This document shows positions 29,990 to 39,398 of a stretch of 64,000 nucleotides of DNA, piece after piece. Below the pieces are notes generated by a model. It saw only the letters and a program-made list of their open reading frames with translations, was not told where the DNA came from and made no database searches. Source of the stretch: a virus; the IMG/VR virus record IMGVR_UViG_3300019776_000693, positions 32,001-96,000 of that record. The stretch is one strand, 5' to 3'. Position numbers and translations under genes: made by a program. Each line of letters opens with the position of its first letter. Within the stretch, counting starts at the first letter, position 1.

Positions 29990-30217
29990 TTATGGTAAAT
30001 TATCAATTTGTTGTTGTAGATTTTCTAAAGTAGCTTTCATATTTAAAAAGGCAGTGTATATTGCCATATTTATCTCTTCTTGTGTTGAATCTGCTTCTAT
30101 ACCTAACTCAGCATATACGTTTTCATCATAAATACACTTAGTACTATATTGTTTTCCGTCACACGGGTCATTTTCTAGTGGTGGTATATTAATACCTGAT
30201 TGACATTTTATAGGCAT
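29990..30217 (-). CDS. small fibre-associated protein (75 aa)
   Basis: ORF track; STKCIYD motif shared with neighbours; C-terminal coiled coil. Confidence 0.6.
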   Translation of the reverse strand: MPIKCQSGINIPPLENDPCDGKQYSTKCIYDENVYAELGIEADSTQEEINMAIYTAFLNMKATLENLQQQIDNLP

Positions 30218-30228
30218 ATTATTTTATT

Positions 30229-30651
30229 TTAAGGTATATCATTATTTATTAATAATTGTAATAATTGTCCATAAGTTGTGATAGGGTCTCCACAATTATC
30301 TACTAATCCTGTAACATCTACACAATCACCTAAAGGTGCATTACAAAGAGGTCTGTTTTTTAATTCTTCAATTTCTGTTTTAAGTTGACATATCTCTTCT
30401 TCATATTTTAATAAAACTATCTTTACTTTTATTCTTCCGTCTTCTGTAGTATAATTAAGACAATTTTGACCTAACTCTGATAAATTTATATCTTCTAGTT
30501 GTGCGTATATATCTTGAGTAGTTTCTTCTATACTTTTACATGCTTCAGAGTCTAAAGAAGAATTTGTATTTACATCTCCTTCAAATTCTATACAATCAGC
30601 AGGAGTTGTTTTTTCACATGTAAATTTTAATTTATTTTTACAATTTTTCAT
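30229..30651 (-). CDS. Cys-rich fibre-associated protein (140 aa)
   Basis: ORF track; TPADCIEFEG motif and coiled coil. Confidence 0.6.
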   Translation of the reverse strand: MKNCKNKLKFTCEKTTPADCIEFEGDVNTNSSLDSEACKSIEETTQDIYAQLEDINLSELGQNCLNYTTEDGRIKVKIVLLKYEEEICQLKTEIEELKNRPLCNAPLGDCVDVTGLVDNCGDPITTYGQLLQLLINNDIP

Positions 30652-30663
30652 TTTGTTCTATTA

Positions 30664-30894
30664 TTATAATTCTTCTTTAATTTTCTTATCTATCCACTTA
30701 ATAGATTTACAATCATTTGAATCTAATGCTTCTTGATATAAATAAGCATGTATGAATAAATTTTCATTGTAACCATTTTGTATTGCAAAATTTTCTTGCA
30801 TAAAAAATAAATCTGCTTGATTAAGCATTGTTTTTTGCGCTTTTTCAAACAGAGTTATTTGATTATAATTTCTTAGTTTTTCTTGACCTGCCAT
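30664..30894 (-). CDS. hypothetical structural-module protein
   Basis: ORF track; start adjusted to MAGQEK. Confidence 0.55.
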   Translation of the reverse strand: MAGQEKLRNYNQITLFEKAQKTMLNQADLFFMQENFAIQNGYNENLFIHAYLYQEALDSNDCKSIKWIDKKIKEEL

Positions 30895-30895
30895 A

Positions 30896-31423
30896 TTATT
30901 TATTATAATTATCAAGCATCTCTCTAGCCTCTAAGAAAAAATTTTGAGCTTTAGCAAAATCTCCTTCTGAAGCATGAGCTTTAGCAACTAATAATATTGC
31001 TTTTATTTTTATAATATAATTTAAAAATGCCTCGTCTCTTTTAAATTCAAATCCATACTTTACAAGAGTTTTATTATATTCTCTTTCAAATAAATCTGTT
31101 TTTAGGTAGAATGACTCTTTTTCAATATTTTCAAATGATGATTTAACGCAAACTGTATAAATCCCATCTGGTAAATCTAAATATACTTCTTCCTGACAAT
31201 TTCCTTTTAAACAACTTATTCCTAAATTGTGAGAATTAAAAGCGTTTAAATTATGTTTTTTAAAAATAAAAGTTTTCTTTTTCTTTGAACCAGGTAATTG
31301 TATTGTTATATAAGCAGGTTTATCTTCGGCATAAATCCAATCAGACATATCTCCTATAACTATATGTGTTGTTTTTCTTGAGAAAATATCAAAATCTATT
31401 TTTATTTCACCTACTACTTCCAT
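30896..31423 (-). CDS. tail hub-like protein
   Basis: IVIGDMSDW, ITIQLPG and LPDGIYTV motifs seen in crAss-like tail hub proteins. Confidence 0.55.
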   Translation of the reverse strand: MEVVGEIKIDFDIFSRKTTHIVIGDMSDWIYAEDKPAYITIQLPGSKKKKTFIFKKHNLNAFNSHNLGISCLKGNCQEEVYLDLPDGIYTVCVKSSFENIEKESFYLKTDLFEREYNKTLVKYGFEFKRDEAFLNYIIKIKAILLVAKAHASEGDFAKAQNFFLEAREMLDNYNK

Positions 31424-31426
31424 TTT

Positions 31427-31879
31427 TTAATTATATATTCTTATTTCTATAAAATGATTACCTAATAAATCATTGGATTTTGCATAAACTCCCTCCTCTA
31501 ATACATAAGATTCAATAGCAACCTCACTACCTCCAAAAAAATCTATATTGATTTTTTGACTTCCATCAGAATATCCAGAAGTCTGAGTTAAAAGTCCTAT
31601 TTTTTCCGTATCAAAATCCGTAGATTTTGCGACATGGTAATTTCCAATATCATCATAAAACCATGTGAAAACTTCTCCTGTAGTATTTTCCAATACTACT
31701 GCTGTTGGTGCACTTGTTCCTGTTTGTGTAAGTAGTGCGGAGTATACTTTGTAGCTTGGTTGATATACATTTAAATTTAATTTTCTAAGAGCTTCAGCTA
31801 CCATTTTTGGAAGATTAAAGAATCTTGAGGCTGATATTTTTGATATTAATTCTGTTATTGTTAAGTTTGAATAATCCAT
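31427..31879 (-). CDS. short fibre/decoration protein, paralog of 35475..35954
   Basis: RFFNLPKMVAEALR and YKVYxALLTQTGTxxPxxxVLENTxG shared with the paralog. Confidence 0.65.
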   Translation of the reverse strand: MDYSNLTITELISKISASRFFNLPKMVAEALRKLNLNVYQPSYKVYSALLTQTGTSAPTAVVLENTTGEVFTWFYDDIGNYHVAKSTDFDTEKIGLLTQTSGYSDGSQKINIDFFGGSEVAIESYVLEEGVYAKSNDLLGNHFIEIRIYN

Positions 31880-31906
31880 TTATATTTTTAAGTATTAATA
31901 TTAAAT

Positions 31907-32437
31907 TTAAGCTTTTTTTAACCTTTCCGCGTAATTAAATTTTTTATACTGTGCACCATTATAATAGTATGCAAAAGTATCCCAATCTCCTTTCTGTAAA
32001 GCTTTGTACATTTTAGGAGTTAATTTAATAAAAGCTACCATCATTTTTAGTTGATTCTGTTCAGATTCTTTCATATAATTCCAAAAATCACCAACTGAAT
32101 TAAATCCTAATTTTTTCCAATGAAAGCCCATTATTTGAGGTAAACCTATTGAAGTACTTTCCATTGCCGATATTGGGTTTACACTGTATGCACTATTAAA
32201 TGCTTTCCATTCTCCTTCTTGTTTTTCAACTTTATTAGTTGCCCAAACTCCTGCAAAATTAGACCAACGTGGAAAAAGTCTTTTAAACCAATGCGGTTCA
32301 AATTGTATTAATATTTTACCTGTTGTTTTATCAAAACCATATCCCCCACTCTCTACTGCAATTACTTTTCTTAAATTATCATAAGGAATGTTATTATCTA
32401 GAGCTATTTTTTGAATATCTGTCTTAGTTAATTTCAT
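31907..32437 (-). CDS. endolysin, N-acetylmuramidase (DUF3380-like)
   Basis: VIAVESGGYGF, ILIQFEPHWF, STSIGLPQIMGFHW and FAYYYNG motifs. Confidence 0.9.
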   Translation of the reverse strand: MKLTKTDIQKIALDNNIPYDNLRKVIAVESGGYGFDKTTGKILIQFEPHWFKRLFPRWSNFAGVWATNKVEKQEGEWKAFNSAYSVNPISAMESTSIGLPQIMGFHWKKLGFNSVGDFWNYMKESEQNQLKMMVAFIKLTPKMYKALQKGDWDTFAYYYNGAQYKKFNYAERLKKA

Positions 32438-32438
32438 T

Positions 32439-32708
32439 TTATTCCGCAGTTATATCCTCTTCTTTTTTCTCTTTGTTTGCTAGTTTTTTACCAAATTCGG
32501 AAATACCCATAAGAGTAGCTTCAAATATGAGTAAACTGTTAAAAACTTCTATTGCATACTGATTAACTTCTTTCTCTAAAATTTTATCACTTAGTACAAT
32601 AAAACTACCTAATGATAATATAAAAAACATTACAACAAATGCGGTAAGTCTTTTCATACTCCATTTGTTATTAACTTTTAAAGTATCTAATATTATTTTA
32701 TTTATCAT
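32439..32708 (-). CDS. putative holin (2 TM)
   Basis: KWSMKRL followed by two hydrophobic helices; adjacent to the endolysin. Confidence 0.65.
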   Translation of the reverse strand: MINKIILDTLKVNNKWSMKRLTAFVVMFFILSLGSFIVLSDKILEKEVNQYAIEVFNSLLIFEATLMGISEFGKKLANKEKKEEDITAE

Positions 32709-33042
32709 TGCTTTTGTTTTTTATATTAAAAAACTTATATATCTTATTTTTAATTTTCTGCTCCCATAGAGGTTCTATTATTTTTTTAGCTATAAAACTT
32801 ACAATTACTACTACAATTGCAGTAAATATAGTAAAAAATGCTTTTATGAGTTCTTGAGTAATTAATCCAGTGGGTTCAGAAACAATTATAGGTATGTTTA
32901 AATATGTAAACATGCTACAAAATAAAGATGCTCCATATTGTATTGGATTTGAAAATATATCGTCTGCTAATTCTTGATTAAACTGTTTTATCCCTATCAT
33001 GGCGAAAAAACCTAAAATTATAAATTTTATTGAGGAGAACAT
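32698..33042 (-). CDS. membrane protein of the lysis cassette
   Basis: Hydrophobic segments and a basic C-terminal tail. Confidence 0.55.
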   Translation of the reverse strand: MFSSIKFIILGFFAMIGIKQFNQELADDIFSNPIQYGASLFCSMFTYLNIPIIVSEPTGLITQELIKAFFTIFTAIVVVIVSFIAKKIIEPLWEQKIKNKIYKFFNIKNKSNDK

Positions 33043-33364
33043 TTTTATTTAATGTTATTATTGTTATTAAAATAGCTATTTCTATTGACATTAAATCATT
33101 CCATTCGAACACTTTAACATTAAAAAATAACCTGTCTACTATGTCCTCTAATAAGATTGTGCAAAAAATAATAAATATAACCTTATTATAAGTTTTATAT
33201 GTTATTGATAAAATTATCAGGATTACTAGAGAATACAACACTTTTTTAAAATCCCAAAAATTATCTATATCTTGAGGAGTATTTCCTGAGTAAATTAAAT
33301 TAGAAATTTGACTACTAAATGACCATAATAAAATAGCTATGATTAGTAATATATTTCTATACAT
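32978..33364 (-). CDS. multi-TM membrane protein of the lysis cassette
   Basis: 3-4 hydrophobic segments. Confidence 0.55.
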   Translation of the reverse strand: MYRNILLIIAILLWSFSSQISNLIYSGNTPQDIDNFWDFKKVLYSLVILIILSITYKTYNKVIFIIFCTILLEDIVDRLFFNVKVFEWNDLMSIEIAILITIITLNKNVLLNKIYNFRFFRHDRDKTV

Positions 33365-33446
33365 CTTTTTCTTTTGGGTTAGGTTTAGGGTCAGGATTAA
33401 CTGTATCTGTTTGTATTAAATTTTGTTCTAATTCTTTATCTTCCAT
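33357..33446 (-). CDS. 29-aa peptide MEDKELEQNLIQTDTVNPDPKPNPKEKDV
   Basis: Read manually; fills the gap after the terminator and overlaps the next start. Confidence 0.45.
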   Translation of the reverse strand: MEDKELEQNLIQTDTVNPDPKPNPKEKDV

Positions 33447-33459
33447 TTTTTATAGATTA

Positions 33460-33481
33460 AGGGAGGATGTTTCGCCTCCCT
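33460..33481 (-). terminator. intrinsic terminator after the 649-aa gene
   Basis: AGGGAGG/CCTCCCT stem, 8-nt loop (CGAAACAT on the - strand). Confidence 0.75.
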
Positions 33482-33497
33482 ATTTTTAAGTTATTTA

Positions 33498-35447
33498 TTA
33501 TGCAGAAACCGTAGGCAATCCCGCAGCGGTTGCTAGTGCATTAATATAAGTCTCTACTGCTGTATGTCTTCCATACTCTGCTACAACTAAGTAATTAAAG
33601 TTTTCAGCTAAATCTCCGCTGAAAGACTGTGCAAAACGTACTGGACGTACTCTCACTGAATACACTACATAGTATCTTAAAGGTTTTAATAAAGACTCTT
33701 CACCTAATACTAATTTAGCATAATTATTTCCGTGATGTCTTTGTGCTCCTGTAAAGTAAACTCTGCTTCTTTCTTCTAAATCAAATAAATCTTTACCTAA
33801 TCCAGAAGGGTCTTGTGCGCGAGAAATTAATTTTAAAGCAAATCGTCCGTTTGTTCCTTCATTAAAAGAAGAATTTACCATTCCTGGAGCTTCATTTGCT
33901 ACTGAAATTCTAGTAGAAGAATATAAATAAGGAATTTCATCTCTGTATTCTTCTGAACCTGCAAAAATATTTTCTTTTCCTTCAAATACAATACCCATTT
34001 TAGCATCAGCGTCATATACTTTAGCTTCTTCAACCCAATCAATGAATTCAAATGATTCAGGAGCTTGTGCTATAAATAAATCTCTCAGTAAAGGAGAACA
34101 ATCTTCACAAACTACATCTGTAAACACTGTTGTTCTGTACAAAGTTTGACATACTGTTGAATTCTCAGTACCTGAACCTGCAATAGCTGATAAAGTACCT
34201 GCTAAATTTCCTGATGCGTTAGCAACAGAAATAATTGGCATTGTTCCAGAAGGTGCTGTAAAAGTAATTAAACCTCCCGCGTAAGTAACTGTAGTTCCTG
34301 TTGATGCTAGTATAGTCGCTGAATTTGCTGTAACCCAATCTTGTTCGGTTGTTGATAAATTTGTATTAAATGTAGCTAAATAATCAACTCCTGCTACTGT
34401 AATATTAGCTGTTCCTGAAGTACCTGTTAAGTTTATAGTCTGTACTTGATTAGGTGTGTCAATTAAAATATCTAAATCAGGGTAATACGCTTGTAAATCA
34501 GCTAATTTATCTGAGTCACATTCATCTGCTAATTGCAAAGTAAAGTTTTTCTGAATTGCTGTACAAGTATCTCCTTCTTCCCATGCTGTAGAAACTGTAG
34601 AAGTACTTGGCGAACCTTCTCCACAATTAGGGTCGGAAATTGTAACAGAAACTTGGTCAAAATCTGCTAATACTGTTCCTTCTGGGGCTAAAATAGTATA
34701 GACTGACTGTCCATTCAAATAGTCACTTCTTTTTACTTGATATAAAGGATATTGAGCTTGTACTAATCCTAAATCAGATTCTCTTCCCTCATCAGAAACT
34801 GTTAGTGAATAAAACACATAATCTACCCCTGAAACTGATACAGGGTTTTCACTATTAACAGGTGCAATTTTAATATATTGTGTGATAGGTATTCCACCTT
34901 TTAATTTTACCGCTTTTAAACGTTCTACTGCTTTTTCTACAATTTCATGCATTGTAAAAGAACCTTCGTTTGGAGCTTCTAAATAAAGTTTTACAGTTAC
35001 TTTAGAATTTGCATATCCTAACATTCCGATAGCTTCTCCCTCTAAAGTGATATCAATTACTTCATTATCTCCGTTTTGTAATACAATAGCTGTACTATCA
35101 TTAAATCCATCATATCCTAAAATCCATTTATCAACAGAAATTCCAAGTTTAGGAGCGGATACAGAAACATCTACTACTTCAGAAAGTTTAAATGGACGTG
35201 ATTTCCATGATTTGTTAGTTTGAAATTTAGAAGGAGTTAAATCAGGTGCTCCTACTACTAATTCAAATAATCTGTCTTTAGGGGTAGTGGCGATTGTAGA
35301 TGTAACTCTTTGTCCTAAAGCTGTTGGTGCAGCTCCTTTATCTATAATACCAAATTGCCCTCTTCCTAAACGTGCTGAATAGCCGTTAGTCATTACTGAA
35401 CCATTATTGGTTACAAATAATACTGTTTGTGGTGCGTGACTTGCCAT
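33498..35447 (-). CDS. 649-aa major structural protein (auxiliary capsid-like)
   Basis: ORF track; crAss-like synteny downstream of MCP; followed by a strong terminator. Confidence 0.6.
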   Translation of the reverse strand: MASHAPQTVLFVTNNGSVMTNGYSARLGRGQFGIIDKGAAPTALGQRVTSTIATTPKDRLFELVVGAPDLTPSKFQTNKSWKSRPFKLSEVVDVSVSAPKLGISVDKWILGYDGFNDSTAIVLQNGDNEVIDITLEGEAIGMLGYANSKVTVKLYLEAPNEGSFTMHEIVEKAVERLKAVKLKGGIPITQYIKIAPVNSENPVSVSGVDYVFYSLTVSDEGRESDLGLVQAQYPLYQVKRSDYLNGQSVYTILAPEGTVLADFDQVSVTISDPNCGEGSPSTSTVSTAWEEGDTCTAIQKNFTLQLADECDSDKLADLQAYYPDLDILIDTPNQVQTINLTGTSGTANITVAGVDYLATFNTNLSTTEQDWVTANSATILASTGTTVTYAGGLITFTAPSGTMPIISVANASGNLAGTLSAIAGSGTENSTVCQTLYRTTVFTDVVCEDCSPLLRDLFIAQAPESFEFIDWVEEAKVYDADAKMGIVFEGKENIFAGSEEYRDEIPYLYSSTRISVANEAPGMVNSSFNEGTNGRFALKLISRAQDPSGLGKDLFDLEERSRVYFTGAQRHHGNNYAKLVLGEESLLKPLRYYVVYSVRVRPVRFAQSFSGDLAENFNYLVVAEYGRHTAVETYINALATAAGLPTVSA

Positions 35448-35474
35448 TGTTTAAATTTAAATTATATTTTATTA

Positions 35475-35954
35475 TTAATTATATACTCTTATTTCTATTG
35501 GTGTGTTACTTAATATATTATTAGCGGGCGTTGGTTCTCCTGCTAATATTGTACCTGTATCAATTATAAAAAATTGGTCATTTACTGAAAATCCTGTATA
35601 AGTTGAAAATCCACTAGAAGGGGGAGCTGAACTAAAGAAAAATTCTCCGTTGTTTATCAACTCTGTGTAATAGTTTCCTACAGAATCGTAAATAAATTCT
35701 AAATCATATCCTAGTGTATTTTCTAATACCATAGGTACAGGTGGATTTGTACCTGTTTGAGTTAATAAAGCTATATACACTTTATAATCTGGTTGTAAAT
35801 TTGTTACAGAATTACTTATATTTTGAATACTAATATCTGTTGAACTTTTTAGGTTTCTCAAAGCTTCAGCTACCATTTTTGGGAGATTGAAGAAACGAGA
35901 TTTCTCTATTTTATCTATTAATTCTACTATTGAAAGACTTGAGTAACTAAACAT
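35475..35954 (-). CDS. short fibre/decoration protein, paralog of 31427..31879
   Basis: Shared motifs as above; both end EIRxYN. Confidence 0.65.
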   Translation of the reverse strand: MFSYSSLSIVELIDKIEKSRFFNLPKMVAEALRNLKSSTDISIQNISNSVTNLQPDYKVYIALLTQTGTNPPVPMVLENTLGYDLEFIYDSVGNYYTELINNGEFFFSSAPPSSGFSTYTGFSVNDQFFIIDTGTILAGEPTPANNILSNTPIEIRVYN

Positions 35955-36619
35955 TATATTTTATTTATTGATTGTTGCTTGTTAACTTGATAACTTGGGT
36001 CTGATAGATTAATCTTCATCTCTGATACAGCCATAGAAACAATTCTATCTGTAAACTTATCATCAAAATCTATTTTTTTTGTTTCGTCAAATTTTGACTC
36101 TGGGTTATCCTCATCTATTAAAGATATTTGAGTTGGATATCTGTAGTATGATAAATATAACTCTTTGTGTGTAAAGTTTTCTTTAAAAACTAATAAATTA
36201 TCTGAGGAAAATATAAAAGGAGCTTCTCTTGCGATAAAAGATGGTTTATTAAATTCGTCTGACATTATTTCTATACTGTCATCATCTTTTATTTCTCGTA
36301 AGTGTATTTTTTGTAATTGACAATCTTTTTTTGTGGCTTTAGTGTATGCCGAAGAAAAATCAAAATAATTGTCAGGAAGTTTAAAGTAATCTGCGGTTTC
36401 TTTTGAGGAATTTTTTAAGATTTTAAAATCTTTTTGTAATAACTTTTGTATGTATCTTATTTCATCATTACTCTTTCGGTCTAATATATTTTCGACCATT
36501 TTGTTTTGAGCTTCATTGAAAATAATAACAAACCTTCCTCTGTCAACCGCTACTTTTGAAGTTTCAAAATTTTCGTCAACTTTTATTTGAAACTTAGTAT
36601 AGGCTTGTTCTACTAACAT
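35954..36619 (-). CDS. head-tail ring protein
   Basis: RFVIIFNEAQ, FKLPDNYF and LSYYRYP motifs of crAss-like ring proteins. Confidence 0.65.
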   Translation of the reverse strand: MLVEQAYTKFQIKVDENFETSKVAVDRGRFVIIFNEAQNKMVENILDRKSNDEIRYIQKLLQKDFKILKNSSKETADYFKLPDNYFDFSSAYTKATKKDCQLQKIHLREIKDDDSIEIMSDEFNKPSFIAREAPFIFSSDNLLVFKENFTHKELYLSYYRYPTQISLIDEDNPESKFDETKKIDFDDKFTDRIVSMAVSEMKINLSDPSYQVNKQQSINKI

Positions 36620-36634
36620 AAGTTGTATTTTAAA

Positions 36635-36656
36635 GGAGGGTATTTTTCAACCCTCC
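36635..36656 (-). terminator. hairpin terminator
   Basis: GGAGGGT/ACCCTCC stem, loop TGAAAAAT on the - strand. Confidence 0.7.
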
Positions 36657-36661
36657 GTTTT

Positions 36662-37621
36662 TTAATTTAAAAATTGTTCAAATAATTCTCTTAATTCAGA
36701 ATCTTTTGCTATTTTATATGCTGCATTTTTATAACCATTTTCAACATATACATTATCTAAATAAATTTCTCCTCTTTTTACTTTAACTATATCTTTAGTT
36801 TTAAGTTCTTTCAATTTAGAGAAGATGAAAAACAAATCTCTTCCTTCTTTAGAATTATATTCTTCAACCGTTTTATTAAATAATCTGTCATTTTGATACC
36901 TATCTACTTTATCATCTAACCAATTGTTGAATACTCTTACCAAAGTGGTTTGCTCTGTTTTTTTATTTACAGATATTCCTAAATAATCTAAAATGTTAAA
37001 TAAATCATCTTTATTGTTTTGGAGTAATGTGAAGAACGATGCCGAAGCTTTCATTCTTTCTAATTCTGATTCAGATTCTCTTGAAATTGAACCTTCTTGG
37101 TCTACAATTACATATTGAGAAATTCCTTTAAAATCAGGATGAGATTCTAAATCTTTGGGCGTAAGTCTTTTATGAATTAAACATAAAAATAAATCTAATC
37201 TATCTTTTGGTTTAGAAGTATCAAAAACCTTTCCTCTTCCAATTTCAATTTTATAATTATCCCAATATTCATTTGTTTCGGGTGAAGGTATATGATTTAA
37301 TCTTCCTTCTCCTGATTCTTTTTCAAAAGGTCTTACAATGTAATCGTTTATATTTCTGAGTAAAGATTTTAAATCTACATCTGGAAATGCTTCATTTAAA
37401 GCTTTAGAGCCTTCATATAAAGCTGTATCCCAATTTCCTTTATTTGAATCCCAAACTGCTCCTGCTTTTCTATCAATAATATCAAAAGACATTAGTTTTG
37501 TAGTTCGAGCTTTTTGAAGCCCATCAGGTGCTGATGAATCGTATTTTTCTTGCACCTCGTATAAGGTGTTTGTTTTAATATCAAATCCGTAAGGACTGAT
37601 GATTACTTTTTTATCTGACAT
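36662..37621 (-). CDS. conserved crAss-like protein downstream of MCP
   Basis: ORF track; synteny; FDTSKPKDRLDLF motif. Confidence 0.55.
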   Translation of the reverse strand: MSDKKVIISPYGFDIKTNTLYEVQEKYDSSAPDGLQKARTTKLMSFDIIDRKAGAVWDSNKGNWDTALYEGSKALNEAFPDVDLKSLLRNINDYIVRPFEKESGEGRLNHIPSPETNEYWDNYKIEIGRGKVFDTSKPKDRLDLFLCLIHKRLTPKDLESHPDFKGISQYVIVDQEGSISRESESELERMKASASFFTLLQNNKDDLFNILDYLGISVNKKTEQTTLVRVFNNWLDDKVDRYQNDRLFNKTVEEYNSKEGRDLFFIFSKLKELKTKDIVKVKRGEIYLDNVYVENGYKNAAYKIAKDSELRELFEQFLN

Positions 37622-37627
37622 TTGGTT

Positions 37628-39286
37628 TTACTTTTTGGTTTTAAATTTTAAAGAACCTGCATCGTAAATTCTGCTAAATCCTCTTTCACTCATTATCTGT
37701 TTTTCTGTTTTATTTTTATCAAATCCTTGCTTAATAAGTTCTGATTTTCTATATTTGAATCTATTTTCTCTTTCTGTACCTTTTGTATAAAAATAGTTTG
37801 GTTCAGATTGACTAACTAATTCATAATTTAATTTTTTGTATAAATTCCCGTCGCTCCATCTTAAATCCGCGTAAGAAATTATTTCTTTTGGTTTGTATTT
37901 TTTTTCAAAATATTTTTGAAGTTTAGAAGCCCCTCCCACAACATTTGTATTTAATTTGTTGCAAAATCTTAATAATTCAAAACTTCCTTCCTTACTTTCA
38001 GTTCCTAAGTTTTTTCTTAGTCCTCCAAAAGTCATTAAAGAGATTAATTCATTATTATGATACAAACCTATTCTATGGCTTGCTCCTAACTTTCCTTGTA
38101 TATGATTTTCATTTAAAAATTTACTACTGTCTTTTGAATTAACTTCTCGTATTTCACAATTTCTAGCATAAATCTTTTCTTTTGAGATTCCTAGTAGGCT
38201 AAATAATCTTGATAAAACTATATCTTTTTTATTCAACCACTCATCCTCAAAAATTTGGATTAATCTAATCCCTTTTTCAGAACACTTGTTAAGTTTTATT
38301 AAGTGGTCATTAGGTTGTTTGAATTTATCTGAGTGCCAATAAAGTCCATTATATTCAATAGCTAAATTTTTACTTGGAATAAATATGTCTAATTCCAATC
38401 CATTTAGAACTTTTTTATTTGATTGTTCTAAATCTACAAAATGTTCTTTTAATATATTTGCTAATTCAGTTTCTGATTTTGAAACTGTGTGGATACAAGT
38501 CTTACAACCATTACCTCCTAAATGTCCATTTGGAATTTGTTGGAATTCTCCGTGGTGTTTACAAATTATAGTTACAGGAGTTATTGTATTGTAATAATCA
38601 ACTTTAGAATAGTCATATTTATTTCCATGAATTTCTAAAGATTTTTGAATAAATTCTTCAGTATTACTCCTATTTTTATCATTAGCACACTTTTTACATC
38701 CTTTTCCAAATTTAAAATTTCCAGGTTGTACTTCAAATAATCCATGAGTTTTACAAATAATTTTAACTTTAGTTTTAGAATCTTTATATTCTACTAAAGA
38801 ATAATCATATCTATCTCCGTGAGTTTCTTTAATTCTACTTAAAAATTCTTCTTGCGTACAATATTTAGCTAACTCAGCTCTTTCTCTTCCACATTTAGGA
38901 CATCCAATACCTTTCTTATGAGAATTTATAGATTGTGAAAAATACTCTTGATGTTTATTACAGAAAATATCTATTTTTTCATGACAAGGTTTAAATTCTG
39001 TAAACTTATCATATTTATATTTGTCTTCGTGCTTTTCTTTAAAAATTTGAAGTAAATCCTCTAATTTATTTCTTCTAGCTAATCCTGTCTTATCTCTTCC
39101 GCATTTATTGCATCCTTTTCCAACAGAATGACTACTAATAGATTGTTTAAACAATCCATGTATAGGGCATTCAATATCTATTATATCTCTATTACTATTA
39201 TATTTGAAGTTAGGATACTTATATTTGCTATTGTGGACAGTATTTAATTTTTCTAAAAAGTATTCTTCACCTTTTTTAATTCCCAT
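37628..39286 (-). mobile_element. free-standing Hef-like homing endonuclease (4 Zn-ribbon repeats + PD-(D/E)xK-type nuclease + GNAT-like domain)
   Basis: Four H..KY.Y....C..H...F.Q....H..G.GC.KC repeats; LDIFIPSKNLAIEYNGLYWH; VVGGASKL...SYADLRWSDG. Confidence 0.8.
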
Positions 39287-39301
39287 ACTACTAATTTTTT
39301 A

Positions 39302-39333
39302 CAAATATACGAATTATTCAGCAAATATACAAA
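39302..39333 (-). promoter_or_regulatory. Bacteroidota-type promoter driving the endonuclease (TTTG-N20-TATATTTG)
   Basis: CAAATATA 39302-39309 and CAAA 39330-39333; a second CAAATATA at 39322-39329. Confidence 0.7.
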
Positions 39334-39361
39334 CAAAATTTCTAAGAACAATATAAGTTAA

Positions 39362-39387
39362 ATATCCCCTATTTTTCAAGGGGATAT
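39362..39387 (-). terminator. terminator after MCP
   Basis: Perfect 9-bp stem ATATCCCCT/AGGGGATAT, loop TGAAAAAT on the - strand. Confidence 0.8.
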
Positions 39388-39398
39388 CTTCTTATTTA

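Noticed and set aside
31427-35954. Diversity-generating retroelement (TR/VR pair) suggested by similar DNA at about 31790 and 35860
   Set aside because: Differences are mostly synonymous and not adenine-specific; both copies are in-frame paralogous genes; no reverse transcriptase in the window.
37900-39280. Tandem ~200-bp repeats as a repeat element
   Set aside because: Explained by the four Zn-ribbon coding repeats of the endonuclease.
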